Positions 39,852 to 48,863 of a DNA stretch of 64,000 bases are shown one piece after another. The translations under genes and the position numbers were made by a program. Each line of letters opens with the position of its first letter. The first letter of the stretch is position 1. Under the pieces are notes generated by a model. That model had not been told where the DNA came from. It did no database searches and saw only the letters and a program-made list of their open reading frames with translations. Origin of the DNA: an uncultured Candidatus Saccharibacteria bacterium (GTDB lineage: Bacteria > Patescibacteriota > Dojkabacteria > SC72); the NCBI GenBank assembly GCA_964560525.1, contig CAZLLO010000001.1:6656-70655 (forward strand), in the 5' to 3' direction.

Positions 39852-40772
39852 ATGAATATTACTTGGAACACTCTAGCCTCAGGATCAGTAAAAACCCCTT
39901 ACAAAAATACCATTTCCAAGTACAAACTTTACCAAACCAAAATACTTCGAGATTCAGTATCTATTAATGTATTACAATCTCCTGAAACTAAATCTCTTCT
40001 CATTGAACATGCTGGAAAACCCGCAAGATTACATCTCGGAATGGCAAGATCTGTAGATCTATGCGCAGCAACGTACGCAATTGCTTCAACTGATGAATTT
40101 AAGAAAGCTATAAATCATAAATACAATCCTAGTAAAGAAGCCCTAAGTGCAATGCTGATCCGAGAACCAATCACGCAATCTCCATTTGTAAATACATATA
40201 TGGGAAGCGGTTTTGAATCCAGACTCTATCTCATAATGGATGTACATCATGTTAAGGATGAAGAGAACGGAGTAAAAGGTATTGCTGGAAAAGTATGTAA
40301 TTACAAAATAGATTTACCCAAAGGACAAGAAGCAGAAATTCTAAAAGATATTAAGCTAGCAATTATGTATGATTCCATAGCAGCAGGAAGAAATCTAATT
40401 GCAGGTATAACTGATTTAAAAAAGAAGTGCCCCAATTTAGAAAAGGTTGTAACTGTTTCAGTATATGCCACGTATACTGGATGTAAAAGACTAGCCAAAG
40501 CTTGCCATGCACTAGGCCTAGAAGTCGTTATGTTTTGTATGCATGAACTCTTAGATGCAAGTGTGATTAACGAATATGATTCTTTCTACCCCAAATGGAA
40601 TATTTCAAAATCAGATGAGAAACTTATGCAAAAATTCTACGGTAAAAACTATCACAAAATATGCGTTGGCGGAGATTGGTCTGCCAATACGCTCGGAAGT
40701 GAACAGGCTTTAGATGTATTCAAACAACAATTAAAAGATATTAAAGTAGATAGCAAGAAGTTTGGACTCTAA
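39852..40772 (+). CDS. Divergent type I phosphoribosyltransferase (UPRTase-like)
   Basis: AIMYDSIAAGRNL resembles the PRPP-binding loop; LIRE and late GGD motifs resemble UPRT. Confidence 0.5.
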   Translation: MNITWNTLASGSVKTPYKNTISKYKLYQTKILRDSVSINVLQSPETKSLLIEHAGKPARLHLGMARSVDLCAATYAIASTDEFKKAINHKYNPSKEALSAMLIREPITQSPFVNTYMGSGFESRLYLIMDVHHVKDEENGVKGIAGKVCNYKIDLPKGQEAEILKDIKLAIMYDSIAAGRNLIAGITDLKKKCPNLEKVVTVSVYATYTGCKRLAKACHALGLEVVMFCMHELLDASVINEYDSFYPKWNISKSDEKLMQKFYGKNYHKICVGGDWSANTLGSEQALDVFKQQLKDIKVDSKKFGL

Positions 40773-40787
40773 TGATATAATCAGCAT

Positions 40788-42014
40788 ATGCCAAATCAAT
40801 ATGACAAAATAATCATTGGTGCTGGACCAGCAGGTCTTTTTACTGCAATATTTGCAAAAAAGAAAGACCAAAATATCCTCCTCATTGAGAAAAACAATAG
40901 TCTAGGAAAGAAATTAGCCATAACTGGAAAAGGAAGATGTAATATCACGAACAATACGACCGACATCAAGCAATTGGTATCCAGCTACAAGAAAAATGGG
41001 AAATTCCTTTATCATGCATTTTCAGAATTTGGAGTAGAAGATACTCTCCAGTTTTTTAATCATGAACTTGGTATAGAAACAAAAACAGAGAGAGGAAATA
41101 GAGTATTTCCTGAAAGTGATGATGCCTACGAAATTATTGAAAAGCTATACGCATTAGTAAAGGAAGATACCCTCTTTAATTGCGATGTTCAGGAGATATT
41201 AACAAACGAAAACCATATCACGGGGATAAAAACAAACAAAGGAATATTCACAGCAGACAAATATGTCATAGCTACAGGAGGAAAATCATATCCACTTACA
41301 GGATCAAATGGTGATGGGTATGAACTTGCAAAAGCTCTTGGACATACAATAGTAGAACCAAAACCTGCATTAGTACCAATTACAACAAAAGAGACATGGG
41401 TTAAAGAGCTTGCAGGCTTAGGATTAAAAAATATTAGGATGGACATATATCAAAGTGGTAAAAAGATATTTTCTAAATTTGGAGAGCTTCTCTTCACACA
41501 CGTAGGTATTAGCGGACCAATAGTAATAGATTGTGCAAGAGAAATAGGAGATTTGCTTGAGATAGCTCCAGTTAATGTACTAATTGATCTTAAGCCAGCA
41601 CTCTCCTACCCTGTACTCAAGGAAAGAATAGCCAAAGATTTAGCAGAAGCAGGAAATAAAGCCATTAAGAATTCTCTTAGCGGATTGTTACCCTCATCAC
41701 TAATACCAGTAATCATAAAACTAACAGGGATAAACCCAGAAGAAAAATCCTCTCAACTTTCCAAAGAATCAAAAAATGCATTACTACATATACTTAAAGA
41801 ATTACCACTAAATATAACTGAAATAGGAGATTGGAATAGTGCAATTGTTACTGACGGTGGAATCAATATTAAAGAGATAGATCCAAATACTATGAAATCT
41901 AAGATTGTTGATAATCTTTACTTCGCAGGAGAAATAATAGATGTCTATGGACCAACAGGAGGATATAATCTACAACTTTGTTGGAGTACAGGATTTTTAG
42001 CTGGGATATCGTAA
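40788..42014 (+). CDS. HI0933/BaiN-family flavoprotein
   Basis: GAGPAG, GKKLAITGKGRCNITN, GGKSYP.TGSNGDG, LFTH.GISGP, TGGYNLQ. Confidence 0.92.
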   Translation: MPNQYDKIIIGAGPAGLFTAIFAKKKDQNILLIEKNNSLGKKLAITGKGRCNITNNTTDIKQLVSSYKKNGKFLYHAFSEFGVEDTLQFFNHELGIETKTERGNRVFPESDDAYEIIEKLYALVKEDTLFNCDVQEILTNENHITGIKTNKGIFTADKYVIATGGKSYPLTGSNGDGYELAKALGHTIVEPKPALVPITTKETWVKELAGLGLKNIRMDIYQSGKKIFSKFGELLFTHVGISGPIVIDCAREIGDLLEIAPVNVLIDLKPALSYPVLKERIAKDLAEAGNKAIKNSLSGLLPSSLIPVIIKLTGINPEEKSSQLSKESKNALLHILKELPLNITEIGDWNSAIVTDGGINIKEIDPNTMKSKIVDNLYFAGEIIDVYGPTGGYNLQLCWSTGFLAGIS

Positions 42015-42042
42015 ATACAATAAAAAAGAGATACACTTTAGT

Positions 42043-43887
42043 ATGAAAACGCCTAAGCCACATACGAAACTGTTTAAGCTAACCCTATTGATTCTCAGTA
42101 TTCTTTTTGGATTGGTTACTCTGATATTCATTGCTTTCAACATATACTTCACAACAAAAGAATCTCTTGAAACAAAAAACTCTAAAAACATTACAATCAG
42201 CTATTCAGATATTAAATCCGAAGAAGTTACACTAAAAGAACCTACCAATTCATCAGAGCTCTCAATTCTCCCAGAATACTATACACAACTAACAAAAGTA
42301 TTTGGAAACTTCTCTTCTCATGAATTAACCACATACCTAAGATATGGAGAGGTTCTCAAATCCTCTTCACAAACTAGTATTTCGGAGGGATATCGCTACC
42401 TTCAAGGACAAGACTTAAATATTCTCATCCCCCAGACATACATAGATCAATACTACATTGCTAAAATAGCAGGAATCTCGGATAAACTAGCAGAAATTCT
42501 TAAAAATCAGACAACTAATAAATCTTCTGTAAATATCAACAAGGATTCTTACATATATGAAGAATTAGAGAAATGCATTGCTCAAAATGTTACCAAATTC
42601 CTAAACCAAGAAGATTGTAAAACTCAGATACAAAATATAGAGAAACAAGATACGATTCCTACTTTAAACTTCTTAATAAACTCCCTTGTAACTACACCAC
42701 CTACACAAACTAATACCTACGATATATATGTACAGAACCAGCAGTATCTTTACCAGCTTACAAAGAAAATCACCGTACCAGAAACCGAAAATATTGGGGA
42801 TCCTTTTCAGGGTAATATATATATAGATTTAAATCCAGTACATATACAGAAGATAAACTCCATCTTAAACTTCTTAGACCTTTTCTATTCCCAAACAGGC
42901 ATAACAGACCCAGAGATAAAAGGTCGTACAAAAGCTTTGGAGAATTCTCTCCATTCCTTGGAACAATATACATTTGGTGCACCGATACCCAGTGATTTAG
43001 CTACCATATTTAACACCTCATTCTTAGATACAAGCTCAGGAAATAAGATCAATGTGCAATTGAATCAAAACATCTCTTACTTAGTAAAAAGCATCAATCT
43101 TACAGATGGGATAAAGACATTCGTTGCGCCCGTATATACATTCTCAGACATCACATTCAATATTAATGATAATAATTTTAACGAAGACTACGATGTTCCT
43201 CCTACAACACAAAGTAAAGGAACTGTAAGAGTTCCCATCTTTATGTACCACCAAATAGCTCCAGTACCCGAGGGACAAAGTCGTTTTAGATCTGGTTTGT
43301 ATGTAGATCCATACGATTTTGAAGTAGAGATGGCATATCTTGTTAAAAAGAATTACAAAAGTGTTACTACAGAAGAATATTACAAACTTCTAAAGACAGG
43401 AAAGAATCCTACGCAGAAAACTGTGATGATTACTTTTGATGATGGTATAGAGAATCAATATTTAAATGCATACCCAATACTTAAGAAATACAATCTTAAA
43501 GGAGTATTTTTTGTAGTAGCACATAAATCATCCATAACCCTTTTACAAAGAAAAGAGATGGCGCAAAATGGTATGTCCATAGATTCCCATTCTTCTAAAC
43601 ACCAAGATCTAACAAAAGTGTCAGATCCTACAGAGTTGAGCTATGAGATTGCATCTAGTAAATCTGCCCTGCAAGCTACGACAGGAAAACAGGTGTATTC
43701 GTTTGCATATCCTGGATGTGGATGGAACAAAGAGACCATTTCATATGTTTCTGGTGCTGGATATCTTCTAGGAATGAGTTGTGGAAATACGATAGATAAC
43801 AGGCCATCAAATAAATTAGTGCTTTCAAGAGTACATGCATTTGGAGATTTAAAAAGCTTTAAGAAATTACTCTCTGGGGTACATTAG
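42043..43887 (+). CDS. Membrane-anchored polysaccharide deacetylase (CE4)
   Basis: N-terminal TM; PIFMYH, ITFDDG, SHSSKH, FAYPG. Confidence 0.88.
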   Translation: MKTPKPHTKLFKLTLLILSILFGLVTLIFIAFNIYFTTKESLETKNSKNITISYSDIKSEEVTLKEPTNSSELSILPEYYTQLTKVFGNFSSHELTTYLRYGEVLKSSSQTSISEGYRYLQGQDLNILIPQTYIDQYYIAKIAGISDKLAEILKNQTTNKSSVNINKDSYIYEELEKCIAQNVTKFLNQEDCKTQIQNIEKQDTIPTLNFLINSLVTTPPTQTNTYDIYVQNQQYLYQLTKKITVPETENIGDPFQGNIYIDLNPVHIQKINSILNFLDLFYSQTGITDPEIKGRTKALENSLHSLEQYTFGAPIPSDLATIFNTSFLDTSSGNKINVQLNQNISYLVKSINLTDGIKTFVAPVYTFSDITFNINDNNFNEDYDVPPTTQSKGTVRVPIFMYHQIAPVPEGQSRFRSGLYVDPYDFEVEMAYLVKKNYKSVTTEEYYKLLKTGKNPTQKTVMITFDDGIENQYLNAYPILKKYNLKGVFFVVAHKSSITLLQRKEMAQNGMSIDSHSSKHQDLTKVSDPTELSYEIASSKSALQATTGKQVYSFAYPGCGWNKETISYVSGAGYLLGMSCGNTIDNRPSNKLVLSRVHAFGDLKSFKKLLSGVH

Positions 43888-43901
43888 TATATAATGGAGA
43901 G

Positions 43902-44549
43902 ATGAAACTAGACTTCAATACACTCAAAGAACTCCACGAATACTATGCAGTAAATAATAGATGCGGATTAAGAAAGATTGCCACCCAACCAGTATATGAA
44001 ATAACTCCACCTACTTCAGGTATTGTATTCATAGGAGAAGCACCTGGTAAAAATGAGGACCTACAAGGTAAACCATTTGTTGGAGCAGCTGGTAAATTCT
44101 TAAATGAGTTACTACAAAGTATTGGATTCTCAAGAGAAGAGGTATATGTTTCTAATACTGTTAAATACAGACCTCCTGAAAACAGAGAACCAACCGATGA
44201 AGAAAAAGATAGCTGTAGAGTATGGTTAAATGCAGAATTACTATTTATTAAGCCCAAAATATTAATACCTCTAGGAAGACATGCATTTGAAAAATTTGTA
44301 CCTGGTGCAAAGATTTCTGCCTCTCATGGACAACCATTTTCACATCCAAGTGGTATTCCTGTTTTTGCTATGTATCATCCTGCTGTTGCTTTGTACAATC
44401 CTAATCTGAGAGATGTTTTGAAAGAGGATTTCCTCAAACTTAAAGACTATTTAGACAATGGTGGCAAACTAATGGAAAATGAAATTCCAGATACTTCTCC
44501 TTTTTCAAAAACTACGAAGAAAGATATTGATGATATCTTAAGTATGTAA
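43902..44549 (+). CDS. Uracil-DNA glycosylase family 4
   Basis: GEAPG..ED..G.PFVG.AG, KYRPPENREP, YHPA. Confidence 0.93.
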   Translation: MKLDFNTLKELHEYYAVNNRCGLRKIATQPVYEITPPTSGIVFIGEAPGKNEDLQGKPFVGAAGKFLNELLQSIGFSREEVYVSNTVKYRPPENREPTDEEKDSCRVWLNAELLFIKPKILIPLGRHAFEKFVPGAKISASHGQPFSHPSGIPVFAMYHPAVALYNPNLRDVLKEDFLKLKDYLDNGGKLMENEIPDTSPFSKTTKKDIDDILSM

Positions 44550-45158
44550 TTCCATTTTGTCCCAAGTAGAATCATAGAAGAATTTCTCCATGACAGTTTC
44601 GTAGTTATCACATATCTCTTCCTTTCCAAACCATACCCCTATCTCCCTATTTGCATTCTCAACAGAATCAGAAGCATGTAACATCGTTCTTGTAGAGCGA
44701 GATATCATATCTGCCAAATCATATGAGTCTATGGAATAATCTGCACGAATGGTGCCAACATCACTAGCAGAAGGATTTGAGCTCCCCAATAACTTCCTCA
44801 CTCCAGATATTACTCCAGGTCCAGCAAGCACAATTACAACTATTGGCCCACAAGTTAGATATGCAATATTCTTTTTTCTAATAAGTTTACCCCTTTCTAA
44901 AGAATTCCACTTACTCATATCATCACCCCTGGCTATTGCTTCATTCTTCGCTTTCTCCTGTGTACCAATTAAATATTCCTCATCATCAATATAGTGTTCC
45001 CCTGCTTGCTCTTTTGTAGCATTTAACATCTTCATTGCAACAATTTTGTAACCTTTCCTCTCAAATCTAGATAATATCTCTCCCGCTATCTGTCTCTGAA
45101 GCACATCTGGCTTCATAATAATTAGGGTTCTCTCTTCTGCAAGTTTAGGTCTATTCAT
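44538..45158 (-). CDS. ndk: Nucleoside diphosphate kinase
   Basis: ERTLIIMKPD, GTIRADY, HASDS. Confidence 0.93.
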   Translation of the reverse strand: MNRPKLAEERTLIIMKPDVLQRQIAGEILSRFERKGYKIVAMKMLNATKEQAGEHYIDDEEYLIGTQEKAKNEAIARGDDMSKWNSLERGKLIRKKNIAYLTCGPIVVIVLAGPGVISGVRKLLGSSNPSASDVGTIRADYSIDSYDLADMISRSTRTMLHASDSVENANREIGVWFGKEEICDNYETVMEKFFYDSTWDKMELHT

Positions 45159-45205
45159 GTAGCTAGATTAGTTAAAATATTAGATAATACAAGGATATCA
45201 GAATA

Positions 45206-46834
45206 ATGAAGAACTTTAAACCCGAAAATTACAAAATTGAATTAAAAGAAATATTTTCCTTAATCAAGGCTTCAACCAATTGGAGAACAGATACATTACA
45301 AACCATATTAAAGAAATATCCAAAGGATGGGAACAAACTCTTTAGACATGATGAATTAGTAAATGGATACGAATATCTTGGATCAAAGGACAAGACAGTG
45401 GAAGAAAGAATTAGATTAAAACCTACCAGAACTAACTCAGGTGTAGCTACAGTTACAGTACTCTCTAAACCCTACCCTTGCCCTGGTAGATGTATATTCT
45501 GTCCTAATGACCCAAATATGCCCAAGAGCTATATATCCTCCGAACCGGGGGCACAGAGAGCTCTAAGCAATTGCTTTGATCCATATGCTCAGGTATACAA
45601 CAGATTAATTGCTTTAAAGAATATTGGACATAATATTGAGAAAGTAGAATTACTTGTATTAGGGGGTTCTTGGTCTGCATATCAAGAGGAATACAAGGTA
45701 TCATTTGTTAAAGCTTGTTTTGATGCTATGAATGATATACAGAAAGATACTCAAGGATATATACAACCTAGAACCGAATTACCATTGGCCACTGTGAATG
45801 AATTGTTTGAAGCGCAACATATCAATGAGAGTGCATATTGTAGGAATGTTGGGTTGGTGTTTGAAACTAGGCCAGATTTAATCACCGAGGAAGAAGTTGT
45901 TAATCTTCGAAAGCTTGGTGCTACTAAGATACAGATTGGTATTCAATCTTTAGATGACAAGATTATTGATGCTAACCATATTGGTAGACCTACGAAAGAT
46001 GTTAAGAACGCAATTAAATTACTTAGACTTGGTGGTTTCAAGATTCATGGGCATTGGATGCCTAATTTGTATATGTCTAATGTTAAGAGGGATATTAATG
46101 ATTACAAGAAGCTTTGGAAGAAGGATTTCTGTCCTGATGAATTAAAGATATATCCTACTTCCATTGTTCCTAATACTTTGCTTTTTAAATTGTATGAGGA
46201 GGGTAAGTTCAAGCCATATACCGAGGATGAGTTGTTAATGGTTTTGTCTGAGACTATGCCTACTACTCCTAGGTATTGTAGATTATCCAGAATTATTAGG
46301 GATATTCCTTCTGAAGAGATTGTAGCTGGGAACAAGAAAACCAATCTTAGACAGATTGCTGAGGAGTTGATTGAGAAGAAGGGGAAAAGGATGAATGACA
46401 TTAGGAGTAGAGAGATAAAGAATGAGAGGGTTAGTTGGGAAGATTTGGTATTGGAGATTATTAGGTATGATACTTCTACTGGGAAGGAGTTTTTTCTTTC
46501 TTACAAGACTAAGGATACGGATAGGATTTGTGGATTTTTGAGGTTGTCTATACCAGAGAAAAAATACAGAAAAGAAAATTTCATTGAGGAGTTACGTGAT
46601 TCTTCTATAATTAGAGAGGTTCATGTGTATGGTAGGGTTATGAGTTTGGATATTGATAGTTCTGGAGAATCTCAACATTTGGGATTGGGCAAAAAGCTTA
46701 TTGAGATGGCTGAGGAGATTACTAAAAAGGAGGGGATACATAGGATAGTGGTTATTTCTGCTATTGGGACTAGAGAATATTACAAGAAGAGAGGATTTGA
46801 AATGGGGAGATTGTATATGGAGAAGGAGATATGA
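45206..46834 (+). CDS. elp3: Elp3-type radical SAM/GNAT tRNA U34-modifying enzyme
   Basis: RTNSGVATV, CPGRCIFCP, ETRPD, PDELKIYPT, IREVHVYG, QHLGLGKKL, ISAIGTREYY. Confidence 0.92.
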   Translation: MKNFKPENYKIELKEIFSLIKASTNWRTDTLQTILKKYPKDGNKLFRHDELVNGYEYLGSKDKTVEERIRLKPTRTNSGVATVTVLSKPYPCPGRCIFCPNDPNMPKSYISSEPGAQRALSNCFDPYAQVYNRLIALKNIGHNIEKVELLVLGGSWSAYQEEYKVSFVKACFDAMNDIQKDTQGYIQPRTELPLATVNELFEAQHINESAYCRNVGLVFETRPDLITEEEVVNLRKLGATKIQIGIQSLDDKIIDANHIGRPTKDVKNAIKLLRLGGFKIHGHWMPNLYMSNVKRDINDYKKLWKKDFCPDELKIYPTSIVPNTLLFKLYEEGKFKPYTEDELLMVLSETMPTTPRYCRLSRIIRDIPSEEIVAGNKKTNLRQIAEELIEKKGKRMNDIRSREIKNERVSWEDLVLEIIRYDTSTGKEFFLSYKTKDTDRICGFLRLSIPEKKYRKENFIEELRDSSIIREVHVYGRVMSLDIDSSGESQHLGLGKKLIEMAEEITKKEGIHRIVVISAIGTREYYKKRGFEMGRLYMEKEI

Positions 46835-47352
46835 GTATGGTAGACAGAAATCTAGACAAGTTCGAAGAAAGAACAAGGGTGTATTTTGAAGAAAAAGGTA
46901 TATATCTAAAAAGAATCGGTTGTGATTCAAAAAAGACTCCAGATTTTGAAAATTCTTATTGTCTTGTAGAAACTAAACATTATGATGGTAAAGAAAAGAT
47001 TTCTGATACTATCGAATTTGACCCCACTTTTAATGCGATTCTAGGGCATTGTGAAAAGGCTGCAAAACAATTCGAGGCATACGATCCATCACATAAGAAA
47101 ATCCATCTACTAACACTCTTTTCTTCTGAATTGGAAAAAGAAGATATTTTATCTGTCTTTTCAGGATGTTTAATTCCAGGCATACAAAACATAAGTTGGA
47201 AAAAATTGGAACCGCGGCTTTCTTTAAGATACTCTGAACAAATTGATGCAATTTTATTATTTCGTACAATTGATTCTTCGAAACCAATTATTTATTCAAA
47301 AGATAGAGGGCACAAATTTGTACAAGAGCATTTGCATATACTCAGTTCTTAA
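46831..47352 (+). CDS. Hypothetical protein with PD-(D/E)XK-like motif
   Basis: KKTPDF...LVETK and KAAKQF; ATGA overlap with elp3. Confidence 0.5.
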   Translation: MSMVDRNLDKFEERTRVYFEEKGIYLKRIGCDSKKTPDFENSYCLVETKHYDGKEKISDTIEFDPTFNAILGHCEKAAKQFEAYDPSHKKIHLLTLFSSELEKEDILSVFSGCLIPGIQNISWKKLEPRLSLRYSEQIDAILLFRTIDSSKPIIYSKDRGHKFVQEHLHILSS

Positions 47353-47371
47353 CTATATACTATTAACATCT

Positions 47372-47785
47372 ATGCAAAATAGGGACACCAACAAAACAGA
47401 AGAAACTAGTAAAATAACAAAGCTGAAATATGTTGAATGTCCAAATTGCAAATCATTATTCGACAATAAAGAAAAATATGCCGATTGGAAAACTTTCATA
47501 GGTATAAATAAATTTCTTTGTAAGAATTGCAAGATGGAATTTAAATATCCCTCTCATCGAAGGTATGGGCTTGATTTAATAATTGGAATTATTCTTTGGA
47601 TTTGCTCTGCAAGTATCCCCACTACCTCGGGCGACATCCTAGCCATTGCGGCTCTGTCTTGCTTGGGAATAGCAGGTTTTTTATTAACACTTCAAGGAAT
47701 ACTGGGCTTGATAGAAAATTCCTCTTTGAAATCTAAGAATCCCGAATGGGAAAATAGATTTCACAATACAAGATATTCAAAATAA
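47372..47785 (+). CDS. Zinc-ribbon membrane protein
   Basis: CPNC...CKNC, then two TMs; likely start ATG 47372. Confidence 0.6.
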   Translation: MQNRDTNKTEETSKITKLKYVECPNCKSLFDNKEKYADWKTFIGINKFLCKNCKMEFKYPSHRRYGLDLIIGIILWICSASIPTTSGDILAIAALSCLGIAGFLLTLQGILGLIENSSLKSKNPEWENRFHNTRYSK

Positions 47786-47804
47786 AGAAGCACCCCTTCA
47801 ATCC

Positions 47805-48689
47805 CTATAAAGAAACAATCTTCTTATCTGATAACCATCTTCCATTTATAGCTTTCCATTCTCTATCCATCCCTTGTATAGACTTCATACTTGGGTCCCA
47901 AAAATGCGATATTAATCTAAAATCCGTTTTACTTAAATCCGAAAATGCCATATATAAATCCATATCTCCCCTGGTTAACAAGCTTTCTGAAATAGAGTCA
48001 TTAAAATCAAAGTATATTGGCTCTACCCAACCCTTGCTTATTTGATATGCGAAGTTAGCATATATAGAGCCAACTGATTCTGAGCTTAAGAAAAGATATT
48101 GATACTTCAAATTTTCATTCGCATATAAAATAATTCCTACTTGTAATTTGCAGTTTTTAGGATTTATGAAATTATCATAATCTTCACATATTATATCTGA
48201 GCGTACATATTCATTTATCACATAGTCATTAATCTGCAATGTACACAAAGGACAGTAAGGTGGATTTTGAAGTTTTTCTTTATCTATCTCTTCACACTTT
48301 ATTGTATATTGATCACCCCCAATATCCCATGTGTCTGAAACAACACTTCCAATAGTAATATCATATTGGGGGATATCAATAGCTTTCGGTATTTCTATAT
48401 ATCCGTTCGGTTTCCATTCCCCATTTATGAAAACATCTGCGTCTTTGTAGTATGGTTCATCTTCCTTATCAAGATTAGAAATATCTGCAGTACCTAACAC
48501 AAGAGGTTGTATGTTCTCTTTAATTTGAGATTCAGAATAATGGTTTCTTAATGAATTATCTACCAATTCATAGCAGAACATTCCTATTACATAAAGCATC
48601 AAGGGAAATGGAATTATTAAAAACAAGACAACTCCAACTCTTTTTAACTTTTCATTTACCTTTGTAGAAAAGAATGGTGTCTTATTCAT
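47805..48689 (-). CDS. Hypothetical membrane-anchored protein
   Basis: N-terminal TM followed by a Cys-containing extracellular region. Confidence 0.65.
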   Translation of the reverse strand: MNKTPFFSTKVNEKLKRVGVVLFLIIPFPLMLYVIGMFCYELVDNSLRNHYSESQIKENIQPLVLGTADISNLDKEDEPYYKDADVFINGEWKPNGYIEIPKAIDIPQYDITIGSVVSDTWDIGGDQYTIKCEEIDKEKLQNPPYCPLCTLQINDYVINEYVRSDIICEDYDNFINPKNCKLQVGIILYANENLKYQYLFLSSESVGSIYANFAYQISKGWVEPIYFDFNDSISESLLTRGDMDLYMAFSDLSKTDFRLISHFWDPSMKSIQGMDREWKAINGRWLSDKKIVSL

Positions 48690-48753
48690 TGATATAATAT
48701 ATACCAGGAATAGGATCTGGGCAAGAATCGTTGAATATGAAGAATATATAATC

Positions 48754-48826
48754 TGAGCACGCGGGGACTCGAACCCCGAACCAAGCGATTAAGAGTCGCT
48801 TGCTCTACCAATTGAGCTACGTGCCC
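48754..48826 (-). tRNA. tRNA-Lys (anticodon CTT), CCA not encoded
   Basis: Reverse complement GGGCACGTAGCTCAATTGGTAGAGCAAGCGACTCTTAATCGCTTGGTTCGGGGTTCGAGTCCCCGCGTGCTCA folds as a cloverleaf. Confidence 0.96.
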
Positions 48827-48863
48827 ACAAACAATGAGTATAATATCACTTTTAATACCATTT

